In this document: one piece after another, positions 51,889-64,000 of the stretch | Position numbering within the stretch: the first letter of the stretch is position 1 | Layout: each line of letters opens with the position of its first letter | NCBI RefSeq assembly: GCF_006345805.1 | Contig: NC_043021.1 | Span: forward strand, 25,358,001 to 25,422,000 | DNA from: Octopus sinensis | Lineage: Eukaryota | Reading direction: 5' to 3' | Length of the DNA stretch: 64,000 bases | Notes under the pieces: model-generated | The model's input: the letters and a program-made list of their open reading frames with translations, nothing else | Database searches by the model: none | What the model was told of the DNA's origin: nothing | Translations under genes and position numbers: made by a program

Positions 51889-52470
51889 ATTAATGTCGTC
51901 TTGCAATATCGAGACTACAACAAAAACGGAGCCATTCACTGCGGAGACACCGCGCTCAGCAGTGAGAGGGCGGCGAAGGTGGTGGCTGCTACACACACAC
52001 ACACACATATAAATATATATATATATAGATAGACACACGCACACATACACGTGTGTGTGTGTTAGTTGGACTTCTACACACAATCGCCTTGATGAGAATT
52101 TATATAAATATACACTAACAGAATTTTTAAAAATTTAATTATTTTCATATAAAAATGTAAAAGGGAAAAAAAATCATACTTAAAAATGAGAAACATTTGG
52201 GTACATTTATTATGATAATTATATATATATATTTTAATATAATTATTGTAATGATTATTTATTTGAAATGTTCCTGTTTTTTTTGTTTTGATATTATTTA
52301 CATATTTTTTCTTCCAATTATTGTATCGTTTACTGCTGCAACCATTATTAGTGTTACTATTACGAAACTAATACTCTATCATTAAACTTAATTACATTCC
52401 CGCGCTACACCTCACAACGAGGCTCCACTGAATCCTCCAGCCCAGCCTCGTTTTCGTTACCGGAAGTAAC
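51889..52470 (-). promoter_or_regulatory. Candidate promoter and non-coding first exon(s) of the TRMT2A-like paralog
   Basis: Locally CpG-rich, ETS-type ACCGGAAGT at 52459-52467, minus-strand donors GAAT|gtaatt (52396) and AAT|gtaaga (51889). The first coding exon has an acceptor, so an upstream exon is required. Confidence 0.4.
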
Positions 52471-55024
52471 TCTTGCAGCACACAAAATAAACAATGTTAA
52501 TAATTAAAAGAAAATCTTTTCTAATTGTTCTCTGTGAATATGCAGGGAGATCGGAATAATAAAACTGTTGTCTAAGGTCTTATTACTTCTATTTATTTTT
52601 AAGTAAACAAAAGTGGCTGTTGGCTTCTCAACCACATGGTTCCGGGTTCAGTCCCTGTGCGTGACACCTTGAGCGAGTGTCCTCTACTGTAACCCCGGAC
52701 CAACTAAAGCTTTGTGAGTGGAATTCGTGGGCAGAAACTGAATCCGTATATGTATATATATTTCTGGGTGTGTATTTGCACCCAACCACCGCTTCACAAC
52801 CGGTATTCGTTTGTTTACGCCCCCACCGGAAACTTAGCGGTTCGGCAAGAAAGATCGATTTTCAACATTCAATACATTGAAGGCTTTAAACAAAACCTTA
52901 GTTGAGATTAGGAGCGTGATTCATGACATCTGCGTTGGTTTTTTCCTTTCATTGGCTTCAATCAACACAATTTAAAGTATAAAGTGTTTTTTTAAGACAC
53001 CCCATCTTTAAAAGGGGTTTCTTTGGACGAAATATTGCAGCTAAAACGTATTTGACAACACAAACACTAAGTATATGACATCCATTATGTTTACAATACA
53101 GAGCTGTTGGTGATTGAAGATTTGAATTTTGTTTTGCTTGTACAGTGCTTTTGCACATCAGCAGATAGTGTTTAGGCTCTATGTATATACTTTGAGTTAG
53201 CAATCTGAATTCATCTTGAGTATTCAGTACAGATGAGCTGAAATAAATGAAATACTGATATCTGTTTATGCCTTTCAATTCCACATTTAAAAGATACACA
53301 ATACAACAGTGGTATAAATGATATTTCTGCACTATACAACACAGTATATTATTTCACTCACGAGCAGGATACATAGATTCAATTTAGTAACATTTGATCA
53401 TGAAAACTCATTAAATGGATGACCAGCCTGTTAACTTCAGACGACTGAGAAGTCCCAATTGTAGAATTTCTGCCCAGCCTAGTCATTGGCAGAGCAAGCG
53501 AAATAATTGCAATTGGTATTTAAGCCTGTTTGGATTGCAAGGTGCTAATTCCATATGTTAACATTTTATTACCATATTCCTGTAAATATGCCACCTTTGT
53601 TTCAAATGATTTTGAAAATAATGAAGAATTTAGAAAAATAACTTTTTTATTATTAAGCTGGTGTTTAGAAGAAAAATTAACACAAAATTTTGATGGAAGA
53701 CAGTTTTAATTTTGATCACCATGAAACAGTAAGTTTTTATCATTAGAACCAGGGTCGTTCTCGAAAGGGTTGAATTATTCATGTACTACCAACATATAAA
53801 TAATGATAAGCAATTAACAAATGTAACACAAACTGCAATTTATTCCAATAAGTAATAGCAATATGGGAGTAACTCAAGGGTCTGTTTTAGGTCATCATTG
53901 GTGGCCAGGGCTTTATGAGATCGGAGTGCAAATCCTACTTGGACCACTTTTAGTCACCTTTTATGACACAGGGAAGAAATGCTGGGTCTATTCTTTGATG
54001 GGCCTAAACCTATAGAGGAAATATTTTTGCTAAATTGAACTCATTCTGATTTCCAATCCCAATGAAAGTTACTTCACTTTATTAATGCTTACACCCTAAC
54101 CCTAACCCCCACTCCCCGAAAGGTCCAAAATCAACAGCATTCAATTCCAGTCAACCTGTAACTCCCAAGCTGTCACCATCATTGTTTTAATGTCCACTTT
54201 TCCATGATTGCATAGCTTGGGTAGAATTTGTTGAGGCAGATTTTTAATGGCTGGATGCTCTTCCCTTTGCTAACCCTCACCTATTTCCAAACGAGGGAAT
54301 ATTTCTGTGTGACTAGACATATTTTCATAAAAGATGGCAACAAGCAACACCACTTGTATAACAGTGACACTCATTTACAAATATCACACTATGTCAAGAC
54401 AAAAACACGCACCCATACACAATGAACTTCTTCCAGTTTCTCCTTATGAAACAGTCACAAAGCTTCTTAACCCCAGTCACACCTGTGTTATCCTTACAAG
54501 AAGACAAGCAATATGCTGTGACTGATTCAATTCTATGAACCCTAAACAGAAAATGTCCTATAAATACGACCCAGTTTTTTGTTCACTTACAGCTGGAACA
54601 GGATGAAGAACAGACATGTTTGTGATGAAAATTGACTTCTTCCTTTTCTACTCTCATCTCTCATGCCGAGGCAATGTCCCTGTCCAGTATTACACTTCTT
54701 AATACACATGGCTATGTCCCCTGGAAGACCAAGCACTTTCTTTGATTCCCCACACCCCTATATATTCTACAGTAGCCAAACACAAACTAACCTTAAACCT
54801 TCAGATGTTATCTCAAACATAAGACAGATCAGGGAAACCATAAATCAACAGTTCTATTTTTCATATGTTCATGTGGTGAGAGACATATGTAGATTGTCCA
54901 TCATATCAAAAAATATGAAATATAGTTTAAAAATAATATCAATCATTTACACTGTCATGATTATAATCATCATCATCATCAGCATTATAATCACCACTGA
55001 CTTCATTTACTTTGCATATAATTG

Positions 55025-55424
55025 TTAAGACTGCATTGCCACTTCACAATCACTGTTGTCTGGTTTACACACCACCTCCGTTTCACACACTTGCTTTGGC
55101 TCGCATACTTTCTCTGGTTCATTAACTGCCTCCGGTTCGCAAACTTTCACTGGTTCACAGACTTGTTTTGGTTCAGGAACTGCTTCCGGTTCACAGACTT
55201 TCTCTGGTTCCTGAACTGCCTCTGGTTCACAGACTTTCTCTGGTTCCTGAACTGCCTCTGGTTCACAGACTTTCTCTGGTTCCTGAACTGCCTCTGGTTC
55301 TTGTTTTCTCTCAAACATCACAACGAGTTCACAGTGCTTGGTATGTGGGAAAAGGTCGACTGGAATGGCTTTCACAGCAAAAAAAGGTTCTCCTTTATTC
55401 CTCCGTGACTTCGGCCTCATTAAG
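55025..55424 (-). CDS. TRMT2A: TRMT2A terminal exon ([16 protein letters not shown] plus [12 protein letters not shown] repeat tail)
   Basis: ttgcag| acceptor, motif VIII Glu, TAA at 55027-55025. Confidence 0.93.
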
Positions 55425-58400
55425 CTGCAAAAAGAGGAGGTGAGTTTTAACAAAATAAAAGGACTTTTAGGTCTGAGGTGAAAATAAAAAGTCCAGCTGT
55501 AAATTCAGATATGCTTCAGAACTGACAAACATAAGACGAAAGGTGAAAAAGGGAAGATTGTTTCACAAAGGCCATGGTGTGATATCTTTGATTGTTGGTC
55601 TGCCTAGTTATAAATATTTAGAAAATGAGCAACTCAGTTGAGTGGTTAAGGGGGTTGTTTCACAGTCACACGGTCATGTGTTCAATCCCACTGTCTGGTA
55701 TCTTGTAGTAAAAGTATCTTTTACACAGTCTTGAGTGAACCCAGGTATTGTGAGTGAAAAATTGGGAAGGTGGAAACTGTGTGGAAACCTTGCAAGTGCA
55801 TTGTGTTTGTAATCCAAACAGTCAGCCTTGCCCCACTGTGTCACACTGATTCAGCCAGAGAAATTCTACCCAAGGTAGACAGGTGTCTGTGGAGTACTCA
55901 GCCACTTACAAGTTAACTCGGTGACCCTGTACCTTCACATGATTCATTAAATGAGTAATTGTCACTGAAATCAACAAAAATCCATTCTTAATAATTAAAA
56001 CCTATCATTGGCCATTCCAATATTCATTTTGTGTTTTTAAACACAGTACCTCCATAAGAGATGTTATCTCAAGACAAATACAATAGTGACTTGCCTACCA
56101 ATTGTGTATATACTTTAAATATGATATGTAGATGGCTATTTTAATCTAATACTGTTTCGATTGTGTTTAGCAGAGACTTAGGTTTACTCAGGAAGTTCTA
56201 CAACCTATGGTTTGATTCATATATTCCAACATATCTTTTAGTAACCATTCCATGAGTAAAGGATAACTGGTGCATCAATCTGCTCTATGGAAATAATATA
56301 CGTACACATTTGGACATGAGGGAGAGAGAGGGGGAGGGAGAGAGAGAGAGAGAGAGAGAGAGTAGGCAAGAGCAAAATAGCTCAGGATGGATAACACAGA
56401 GTAATGCTCCAATGGAAGTGTATTTATAATTTCTTAATCTAAGGCTGGCACCTCAGCATTGAGAGTCAGCAATAAGAACGATCCTATCAAGTCAGATATA
56501 AACAGAGGCAGGCTTGAGACATATTTACATGGAGTACAAAATACAGATTAAAACAAAACAGAAAAATTATGGGATCTTTCCGGTTTGAACAGCAGTTTTT
56601 TCTAGCGGTGTCATATGAAATTGTCACCCATAATTATGACCCTAGAATCGATCTATTGCATTTCAATCTGTTTTAGGGGTGGGGAGAAGGGTATCTTTTT
56701 TCCTTCACAAATGTAAATAAACCCAATCTGTTTCTTAAACGAAGGACATATTCATACAGCACAGAATGTTTTTTAACTCAATAGACGTCAGTGATTGGTT
56801 GAAATTACAGAAAAAAAACAACAAATATCTTACAAACTATAGAATTTTCTCAATAAAGCCAAGAGAAAAAGATGTTTTATAAACACATTCTACCAGTATA
56901 CAAATTAAAAAATTTTTTAGTTACCTAGAAATTATGTTAAAAACTACCGCTCAAACCGAAAAGATCCAAATTATGTAAAGTCTTTACATAATTCTTCAGA
57001 TAATCTGTAATCTGTAAATATAGGTCTCAAACCTAGCTGTGTTTATCTGTCTTGCTACCTCTTCCTCTCTTTAGATATACTTACATACATATATATAAAA
57101 AAAAACTGATCAAAAGATGGTGTACAACTCAATGAAGTGTTTTGGGTCCTATTTTACTGACAGGATAAAAAAACATCCTGGTAGACAAGGGACAAAACTG
57201 GAGTGTTTGCAACAGGTTTTACAATATGAGTCGGTCGTGAATTTCAAAGTGGACAAGGCTGGCTTTCTTCAGGGTCCTTATAGACGGCATTTGTCACTAT
57301 GAAGGAGATCCAAAATCACATTGATGGTACATAGGCTGGGTTTCTAATAAGGGGTCAAAACATGAGACCATAATGGAATCCGTGAACCAATTCCACCCAT
57401 TTCTATGCAGAATAGCCTTTGCTGACCACTGATATTGTGCCGAATAGCAGACCATATCATGTGAGATTTTGGAGACTTTTACTCCTTAATAAAGGATGAA
57501 GACCCTTCAATTACATTGATGTTATTTGGTAGAGATTTGAGGAGCTACCATAATTTATAAGGGACAGAGATTCTTGCTGGGGTGTGGGAAAAATGGATCT
57601 CAGTTGAGGAGGCTTTACACACATCAAAACAATAACTTACTCAGTGAAATTCTGAATGGCAGCCACAGGGTTACATGAGATGTAGATCACTCGATGGATG
57701 AAATGACAGCGGCGAAGGGCATACATTACTCTGGGTTCTGTAAAAAAAAAAGAAAAAGTTGATAATGTCACATGGTTGAGAAAGAAAGATTTGTGTTTTT
57801 GCAAATGATAAACACCAAATTGCAGCATGGAAGCAACTACAAACCATCATTTCTAACAAACACACAAACGCCTCAAACACCAGGATAACATTAACTGATG
57901 ATGATGAAGACTGAGTCAGTACTTCACTGGTACTTTATTTTTCAAACACCCAGAAGAATCAAAAGGAAAAGTTAACTGTGATGAGAATTGAACCCTGAAG
58001 AAAGACAATAAGTCAAATTCAAATGGTAGTAGATTAAAATTGCCATCTGTGTATCATACTAGATGTACACAAGCCACTGAGGGACCTGATATTGTGGTTT
58101 TGTACGAGAGAAAAATCTCTTCATTCACAAGTTGTGTTAACAACAGAATACACACACACACACACACACACATCAATGTGAAAACGAACATCATTGCTCT
58201 GAGACTCCCAAGAAGACAGACATGAGCATAGCATTGACAAGTCCCAAGTAGGGCAAAATCTATAAAAGGCACAGCATCATCCTTTTCAACATAATTGATA
58301 CACAGAGGGTGAGGGCAACGTGTTTTGGTTTATGCTCCAATGATTCTACTTCTTCCCACTCATGCACACACACACACACACGCGCGCGTATGCATACCTA

Positions 58401-61400
58401 ATTTTATTAAGGATTCCCAAGTGAATGCTCACATTTAAACAGAACATTGGTGTACATATAAGAAATCATCATCATCATCATCGTTCTAACAATGAGAAGC
58501 TTGCTTTCCAACCATGTGCTTTTGTGTTCAATCCCACTTCCTGGCACCACGGGGCCAAGTGTCTTCTGCCATAGCTCTGAGCTGGCCAAAACCTTATGAA
58601 TGGGTATGGTAGAAAGATGCCAGATGTTTGTGCGAATATATATATCATCATCATTATTTGAAGATGCTCTTTTCCAGGAAGCAGGTGATGGTTGGCAGCA
58701 GGAAGGACATCTGGCCATGGATATCCAGTCTTAACAAATTCCCATGCAAACATGGAAAAGTTACACCACAGCCATATTGAATTTTCTTTTTAAAGAAATC
58801 TCATAAGCGAAAAGAAAGGTTCGAGAGGACTGGTTTCAAAACCATTCTAATAATTAACTCTTTAGCATTTAAAATGGCCATATCTGGCCAAAATATTCTA
58901 CTCGTTTTATGCTCAAACTGGTTAGGTCTGGCCTCTCACACTTACCCACCAATGTCATTGTAAAAATAAACAATCAAACCATCAAAATCTTGATGATACA
59001 ACATGATGCATAATTAATTGGAAAAAATGGGAATAAATATGCATCACATTTTGAGGGAGGAGATCAAAGATTGAAGGGTCAAACAGGAATTACTTACGCA
59101 GTCCAGGTCGAGGTGGATCAACAATGGCAACAGCTTTCTGACCTCTTGACCAGTTTCTCAGTTTCTCGGCAGCCTCTTCAGCTCTTGAGCAGTGAAACTC
59201 AATGTTTTTAATATCTGAAATACAAGAATATGTCGAATTTAATCCAATTTCATAAGAGATTTGTGATAGATGTCTTGCAAACAACTTGCACATGCAAGTG
59301 CTACCAGTCAAAAGCTCCGTAGACCGGAAGCCAGCAAGTGTATGGGGTCATCAGGAGAGAATGCGTGCCGTTTCGGGGCCTACCTCTCGACGGCATCAAT
59401 GCGCAGCGGCCCCCCTCACTGATATGAGGCCCCGCTTGCTAGATCAAAATATCATTTACACCAGCTTAAGTTGGGATTAAGAAATACCTTACTGCACCCT
59501 GACAATGAGACACTTTATACAAGAAAAAAACTTTTTAAGAGCTGAGCCCAAGATGTGATCACCACCATCCATCCATCCATCCATCCATCATCAACGTTGA
59601 ATGTCCGTTTCCCATGATGGCATTGGCAGGAGAGTTGGTGAGCAACTGGAAGCTCAGAACACTGCTGCCTCCTTTGGCATGGCTTCTATGGCTGGTTACC
59701 CTTCATAACACTGACCACTTTACAGAGTGTTTCGGGTGCTCCTTGGGGTGACACCAGCAGTGGTGAGGTCACCAAGTAACTTACAAGACAGGATCCCCAC
59801 AACTGGGGTGTGGGGGTGTGGGGAAGTTAGTATTGAGGGACAGAAAAGTGCCTTACAATAGAAGACAGACATGGCTTCCTCAGAAGGAGAGAAAGAAGGC
59901 GAAGATATGAGAGGTAGAGCAAGGACCATACACCCAAGTTACAGGGTGGTTTATGTAGTGAAGTGGACTGGGGATATGGAGAGGGTGGCAAGGTGGGGCA
60001 GTTCACAAGATTTTGAAAGGAGAGTCGGAGGAAGGGATTGAACAGGGGCATATTATGTGCAGGTAGGTACATGGACATGTGAGGGAGAATAGAGGGGAGG
60101 GATTCATGGACATGGATTTTACTTTGCTGGGCAGGTCTTCTTCACCACAGCATATTGCCAGTTGTCTGGGTCCTTTGTCATCTCCTCTGTGAGGCCCAAC
60201 ATCTGAAGATTATTTCTCATCATTTCATATCCTCCAGGGTTTTCCTCTTCCACAGGCTCCCTCTGCATGCGAGGGTGGTGGTGGTGGTACTAGTCTCTAC
60301 AATTAACAAATATTCAGAAACTATTTCAAAATTCTCTATTAGAAAAGCTTCCTTCTGTCTTCCAGAGTATTTAATAAACCAACATTATTACCCCTGCCTT
60401 AGCGAAAGCAAAGGTGTTGTTTTCAGTTGTGGTTGTTTGTTTGTCTGTGGACAAGATATCTCAAGAAATGCTGGATGGATTCAGATGAAACTTTCAGGGA
60501 TGTTTGGTCTCATGACTAGCATGAATTGATTAGATTTTGGGATCGATCTGGTACCGGACAAGGATTCTGGATTATTTTTCCGGTTTATTAACTTAATTTT
60601 TGTGAGAGAAGTCGAGTTTATTTCAGATATTCTCATTCTAAAAATCATCTCTGGCTAATCGTTGAGAGGATGTTTGTGTTGCCTTGGTGGAGGTTTGCGC
60701 TCTCTGAGTGCTCTCAATAATAATGTTTTCAAACTTTGGAACAAGGCCAGCAAGTTCGGCGGGTGGGGGGGGAGGCGTAAGTCAATTCCATTGACCCCAG
60801 TTCTCAACAGTCACTTATTTTATTGACCCCAAAAGGAAAAAAGGTAAAGTCAACTTCAGCAGAATTTGAACTCACAACGCAAGGACAGACGAAATGCTGC
60901 TAATTATTTTGCCCAGCATGCTAACGATTCTGCCAGCTTGCTACCTTAATAATATGATCATTGGTTAATTCCCAGTGAAAAATCTTACCATTTAGTTTAG
61001 CATTCTTCTTAGCATCTTCAATGGCAGCAGGACAAACTTCCACACCCAAAACCCTTCGCACATGCTGAAACATGAATATAATAAAGTTACTCCATATTAA
61101 TCATCATTTGTGTGTGTGTGTGTGACAGTCGTGAAGCCAGCCAACCCCATCAAAAATCAAGTCGTCTCCCTTCCTTTTAGGAAGCGCAACTGCATGTAGA
61201 AAATCTGCCTAAACAAAACCTGTTGACCCATGCAAGAGTGGAAAAGCAGACTTCAAAACAACGATGATGCTCATTACTGGACATCGTATGGCTGTTAAAA
61301 TCATAAAACAGCCATTGCATCTTTGCTTCTGAACAAAGGACTTAGGGTTGCCTGACTGGTAGACACAAATGCTGCTTTATGATGGAATGGCAACCACTGG

Positions 61401-62884
61401 AAAAATTATGCCACAACAGACACTATTTCATCCATGTCATCATGGAACATGAAAAAAAAAAGACTTGAAATAATAAAATAAAAACAAATTTACATGGCTT
61501 CAACTGGGGATTGAAACTGAACTGTAGCTATCATTTTCTATGAATTCTTCACTATTGCCACAAATGTATAAGAAAGACCAGGTATACTGTATAGAGTTGT
61601 TAGGGGTGAAGTTCATACAAGGGCATTCTATAATACACTGCTTTCATTAATTCTTGGGGTTTGGTAGATTCAATCTCTTGGAATTCTGTCAAATGTCATT
61701 TCTGTTTATCCACATTGTTTTGTAGCTTTGAGATTTCAATGATGTGACTGTTTATTGTCAAAATGACATTGTAGGGTAGGCGTGAGAGGTTGGATCTGGC
61801 TAGTTTGAAAATAGGGTAGAATATTTGGAAAGGATTTGGTCAGTTTAAATGCTGAATGGTTGAAAGATATTCAAACATACTCAAAACATAAATATATGTG
61901 TGTGTAATTTGGTTGTTTTCATGAAGAAAATAAATTCTTTTCCACAAATCATCTCCATTTGGATTTGATTATTTTAGCTGAAAATAATCCCACACTCCAT
62001 TCCATTCTCAATCAGAAACGGACAGGGAACTGATAAGGGTATATGAAAGACAAAGTTCCTTTTCAATAGAATACAATTCTAAGAATTTCAGTCCTTATTC
62101 CAAGTGTCCCAGTTATGGTTTCTCCAAAACTAACAGAGGAATGTAGAATTAAGAAGTTGTACAATTCATTGCCATCGCCTAAAGTTCATTTTCCATGCTG
62201 GCATGGGTTGGACAGTTCAACAAGAGCTGCACCAGGCTCCATCTGTCTGTTCTGGCATGGTTTTTACGGTTGGATGACTTTCCTTAATGCCAACCACTTT
62301 TCAGAGGGTATTGGGTGGTTTTTATGTGGCCCCAGTGGAGAGAGGGAGTGAGGGGGTGAGAGGTTAGAGTATAATAAAGGGACAAAAATAGTTGTCTTAC
62401 TATTGAGCAGATAATTGGCTACCCCTAGTAGGAGAAGGAAGGAGAGAGAGAGAGAGAGTTAGAGAAAAATAGATGGTGTTGGAGATGTATTGGGGTCCAT
62501 CTATAGGGGACAGCAGGGGAGATGTTTGATGAGAAAAGGTGACCGTGACAAGTGATGGTGAAAGAAATTGGGGTAGCTGGGCAGGGTATTAAGTAAATTT
62601 TAATTAAAATACAGTAATTAGACTAATGAACAAATATCTGCTCAGTCATTTCACATCCACGATTTCTATGCTTCTGTTAATATCCAGAAACTACATAAAT
62701 TGTTTCTCATCTAAGCACAAAAAAATAATGAAAATCAGAAAAATGGAAAGCTAGTTCCATACCTTGGCTAGAGTAAGACCAATGGTACCTGTACCACAAC
62801 AGATATCAAGAACAACACTGTCTTTTTCAAGTTGACACCAATCAGCAACAAGAGAATAAAGTAAGGCCGTGGCTGGGTTATTGA
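55025..62884 (-). CDS. TRMT2A: tRNA (uracil-5-)-methyltransferase TRMT2A, last five exons (upstream exons beyond the window end)
   Basis: Exons 62884-62763, 61064-60989, 59214-59098, 57737-57641, 55424-55025 splice in frame. Intact [27 protein letters not shown] and [10 protein letters not shown] motifs of the TrmA/RumA family. Confidence 0.95.
55080..55300 (-). repeat. Coding minisatellite: three perfect 36-nt units (55188-55295) plus degenerate 18-nt half units, encoding EPE(A/K)V(Q/C)
   Basis: ggttcacagactttctctggttcctgaactgcctct repeated three times on the plus strand. Confidence 0.95.
56572..56967 (+). mobile_element. MITE copy 4
   Basis: TIRs; perfect 8-bp TSD aaattatg at 56564-56571 and 56968-56975. 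Confidence 0.92.
57641..57737 (-). CDS. TRMT2A: TRMT2A exon ([31 protein letters not shown])
   Basis: tttacag| acceptor, GA|gtaagt donor, motif VI nucleophile Cys. Confidence 0.95.
58853..59050 (+). mobile_element. Second TTAA-type non-autonomous element; related copies about 2830-3050, 26545-26690 (-), 29790-30000, 61700-61865 (-)
   Basis: ttaactctttagcattt start; gaatgctaaaggcttaa end in the 3050 copy; shared core ctacaatgtcattctaaaaat; boundaries approximate. Confidence 0.6.
59098..59214 (-). CDS. TRMT2A: TRMT2A exon ([13 protein letters not shown]...[12 protein letters not shown])
   Basis: tttcag| acceptor, C|gtaagt donor, motif IV DPPR. Confidence 0.95.
60989..61064 (-). CDS. TRMT2A: TRMT2A exon ([25 protein letters not shown])
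   Basis: tttcag| acceptor, G|gtaaga donor, motif II. Confidence 0.95.
62763..62884 (-). CDS. TRMT2A: TRMT2A exon (NNPATALLY...[17 protein letters not shown])
   Basis: ttgcag| acceptor, AAG|gtatgg donor, SAM-binding motif I. Confidence 0.95.
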
Positions 62885-64000
62885 CTGCAAAATGAGAAAC
62901 ATTCAAAATGTCAAGAAATTCCACTCAAAAAATATCATAAAAGATTCTTTAGTGAGAAAGTTAACGGTGCCAATATCAAAAAGTTAATGGCAGTTGGTTT
63001 CCTAAAAAACAGCTTCCTGGATAGAGAAAAGAATTTTAACCCTTGTGATAAACAACTTGCCCAACACTGCTCTCGGTTCTACTATATGAACTTGCATTTA
63101 AAGTGAACTAAATTAAAATCTTCCATCAAACTTTCATACCAATTTATCTCCCAGACCAACTTAGCAATGACAAAGTTGTTTCATTACATTCTTCATTAAT
63201 TTAAAAATTAATTGAAACAAACGCAGCGTATTTCAGCAGAAACAAGATTAAGGTATTGGAACCGGCGAAAGAAGTCAAAACACACAAAGACGAACTTTGC
63301 AGATAATTTTCTTCATGGAGACAGAAGGAAAACACGACATAGTTTTAATGAACATACTTTTAGCCTCAAGTAAAAAGTAGGTTCGTTTATTTTTTTTTTA
63401 ATCTGTGGCTAGAAAAATGAGACTCGCCTGCCTAGTTTTAGCAATTTTAATGTCCCATCAGAGTTTGGTCACTCATTTTCCTGACAACAAAGAAAACAAA
63501 AGCTTACAAAGGAATGACTGGATGGTCAACAAGTTCTGTCAAAGATTCTGATCTTTACTGGTAACCCCCAATGCCCAATCCCCAACCAGATTTTACATCA
63601 AGTTAAAAGACAAAAAAACCCTGTGACATCTTCAATGATAACAGCATTTTAACCTCACTGGCACAGAGAGAAATTATGATGGTGCCATAAGTACCAATGT
63701 TGACAAGTCCTGAAGAACATGGTATTAACTGAACTAATTTTTCTAGATCAACTCACAGGTTAAGTACAACTACACATACTTTCATACTTTAGTGACATCA
63801 AATAACTGAGATGATGATGTTGATGATGATGATGATGATGAACATATTTTTATAAAAATTAATGACTTACTTTGAAAAAATGCATCGGGAGAAATTTGAA
63901 AATTCAGACCCAATAAATTTTCAGTAATCCACTGAAATATAAAAAATAACGACCATATAAATGAATTAAAGAGTAAGTGGAAGAATATTGCAGAATAAGA

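Noticed and set aside
55022-55443. Plus-strand ORFs rich in W/F/C or PELP repeats
   Set aside because: These are antisense shadows of the TRMT2A coding repeat.

Overview
AT-rich, intron-rich animal genomic DNA, most likely a coleoid cephalopod (Octopus-like). That assignment is inferred from the SINE, RTE and MITE families seen, not proven. Exon chains were assembled by hand from GT-AG sites and reading phase, giving three protein-coding loci. (1) Plus strand: the 3' half of a type-I coronin (exons 609-754, 2089-2149, 3187-3288, 5406-5777). It ends in either of two homologous phase-0 terminal coiled-coil exons, 10243-10383 or 20851-21069; the second adds a long acidic tail. (2) Minus strand: the last five exons of a canonical tRNA m5U54 methyltransferase TRMT2A (62884 to 55025), with every catalytic motif visible in the window intact. 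(3) Minus strand, directly downstream in tandem: a complete 13-exon, 483-aa TRMT2A paralog (42674 to 25221). Its ORF and splice sites are intact and the five comparable exons match in size. However, motif X Gln, motif I, motif IV DPPR and the motif VIII general-base Glu are substituted, while the nucleophile Cys exon is almost identical to the canonical copy. This probable pseudo-methyltransferase is the main find. The remainder is LINE/RTE remnants, tRNA-derived SINEs, two MITE classes, a 17-bp minisatellite, a perfect 42-bp nested hairpin and microsatellites.
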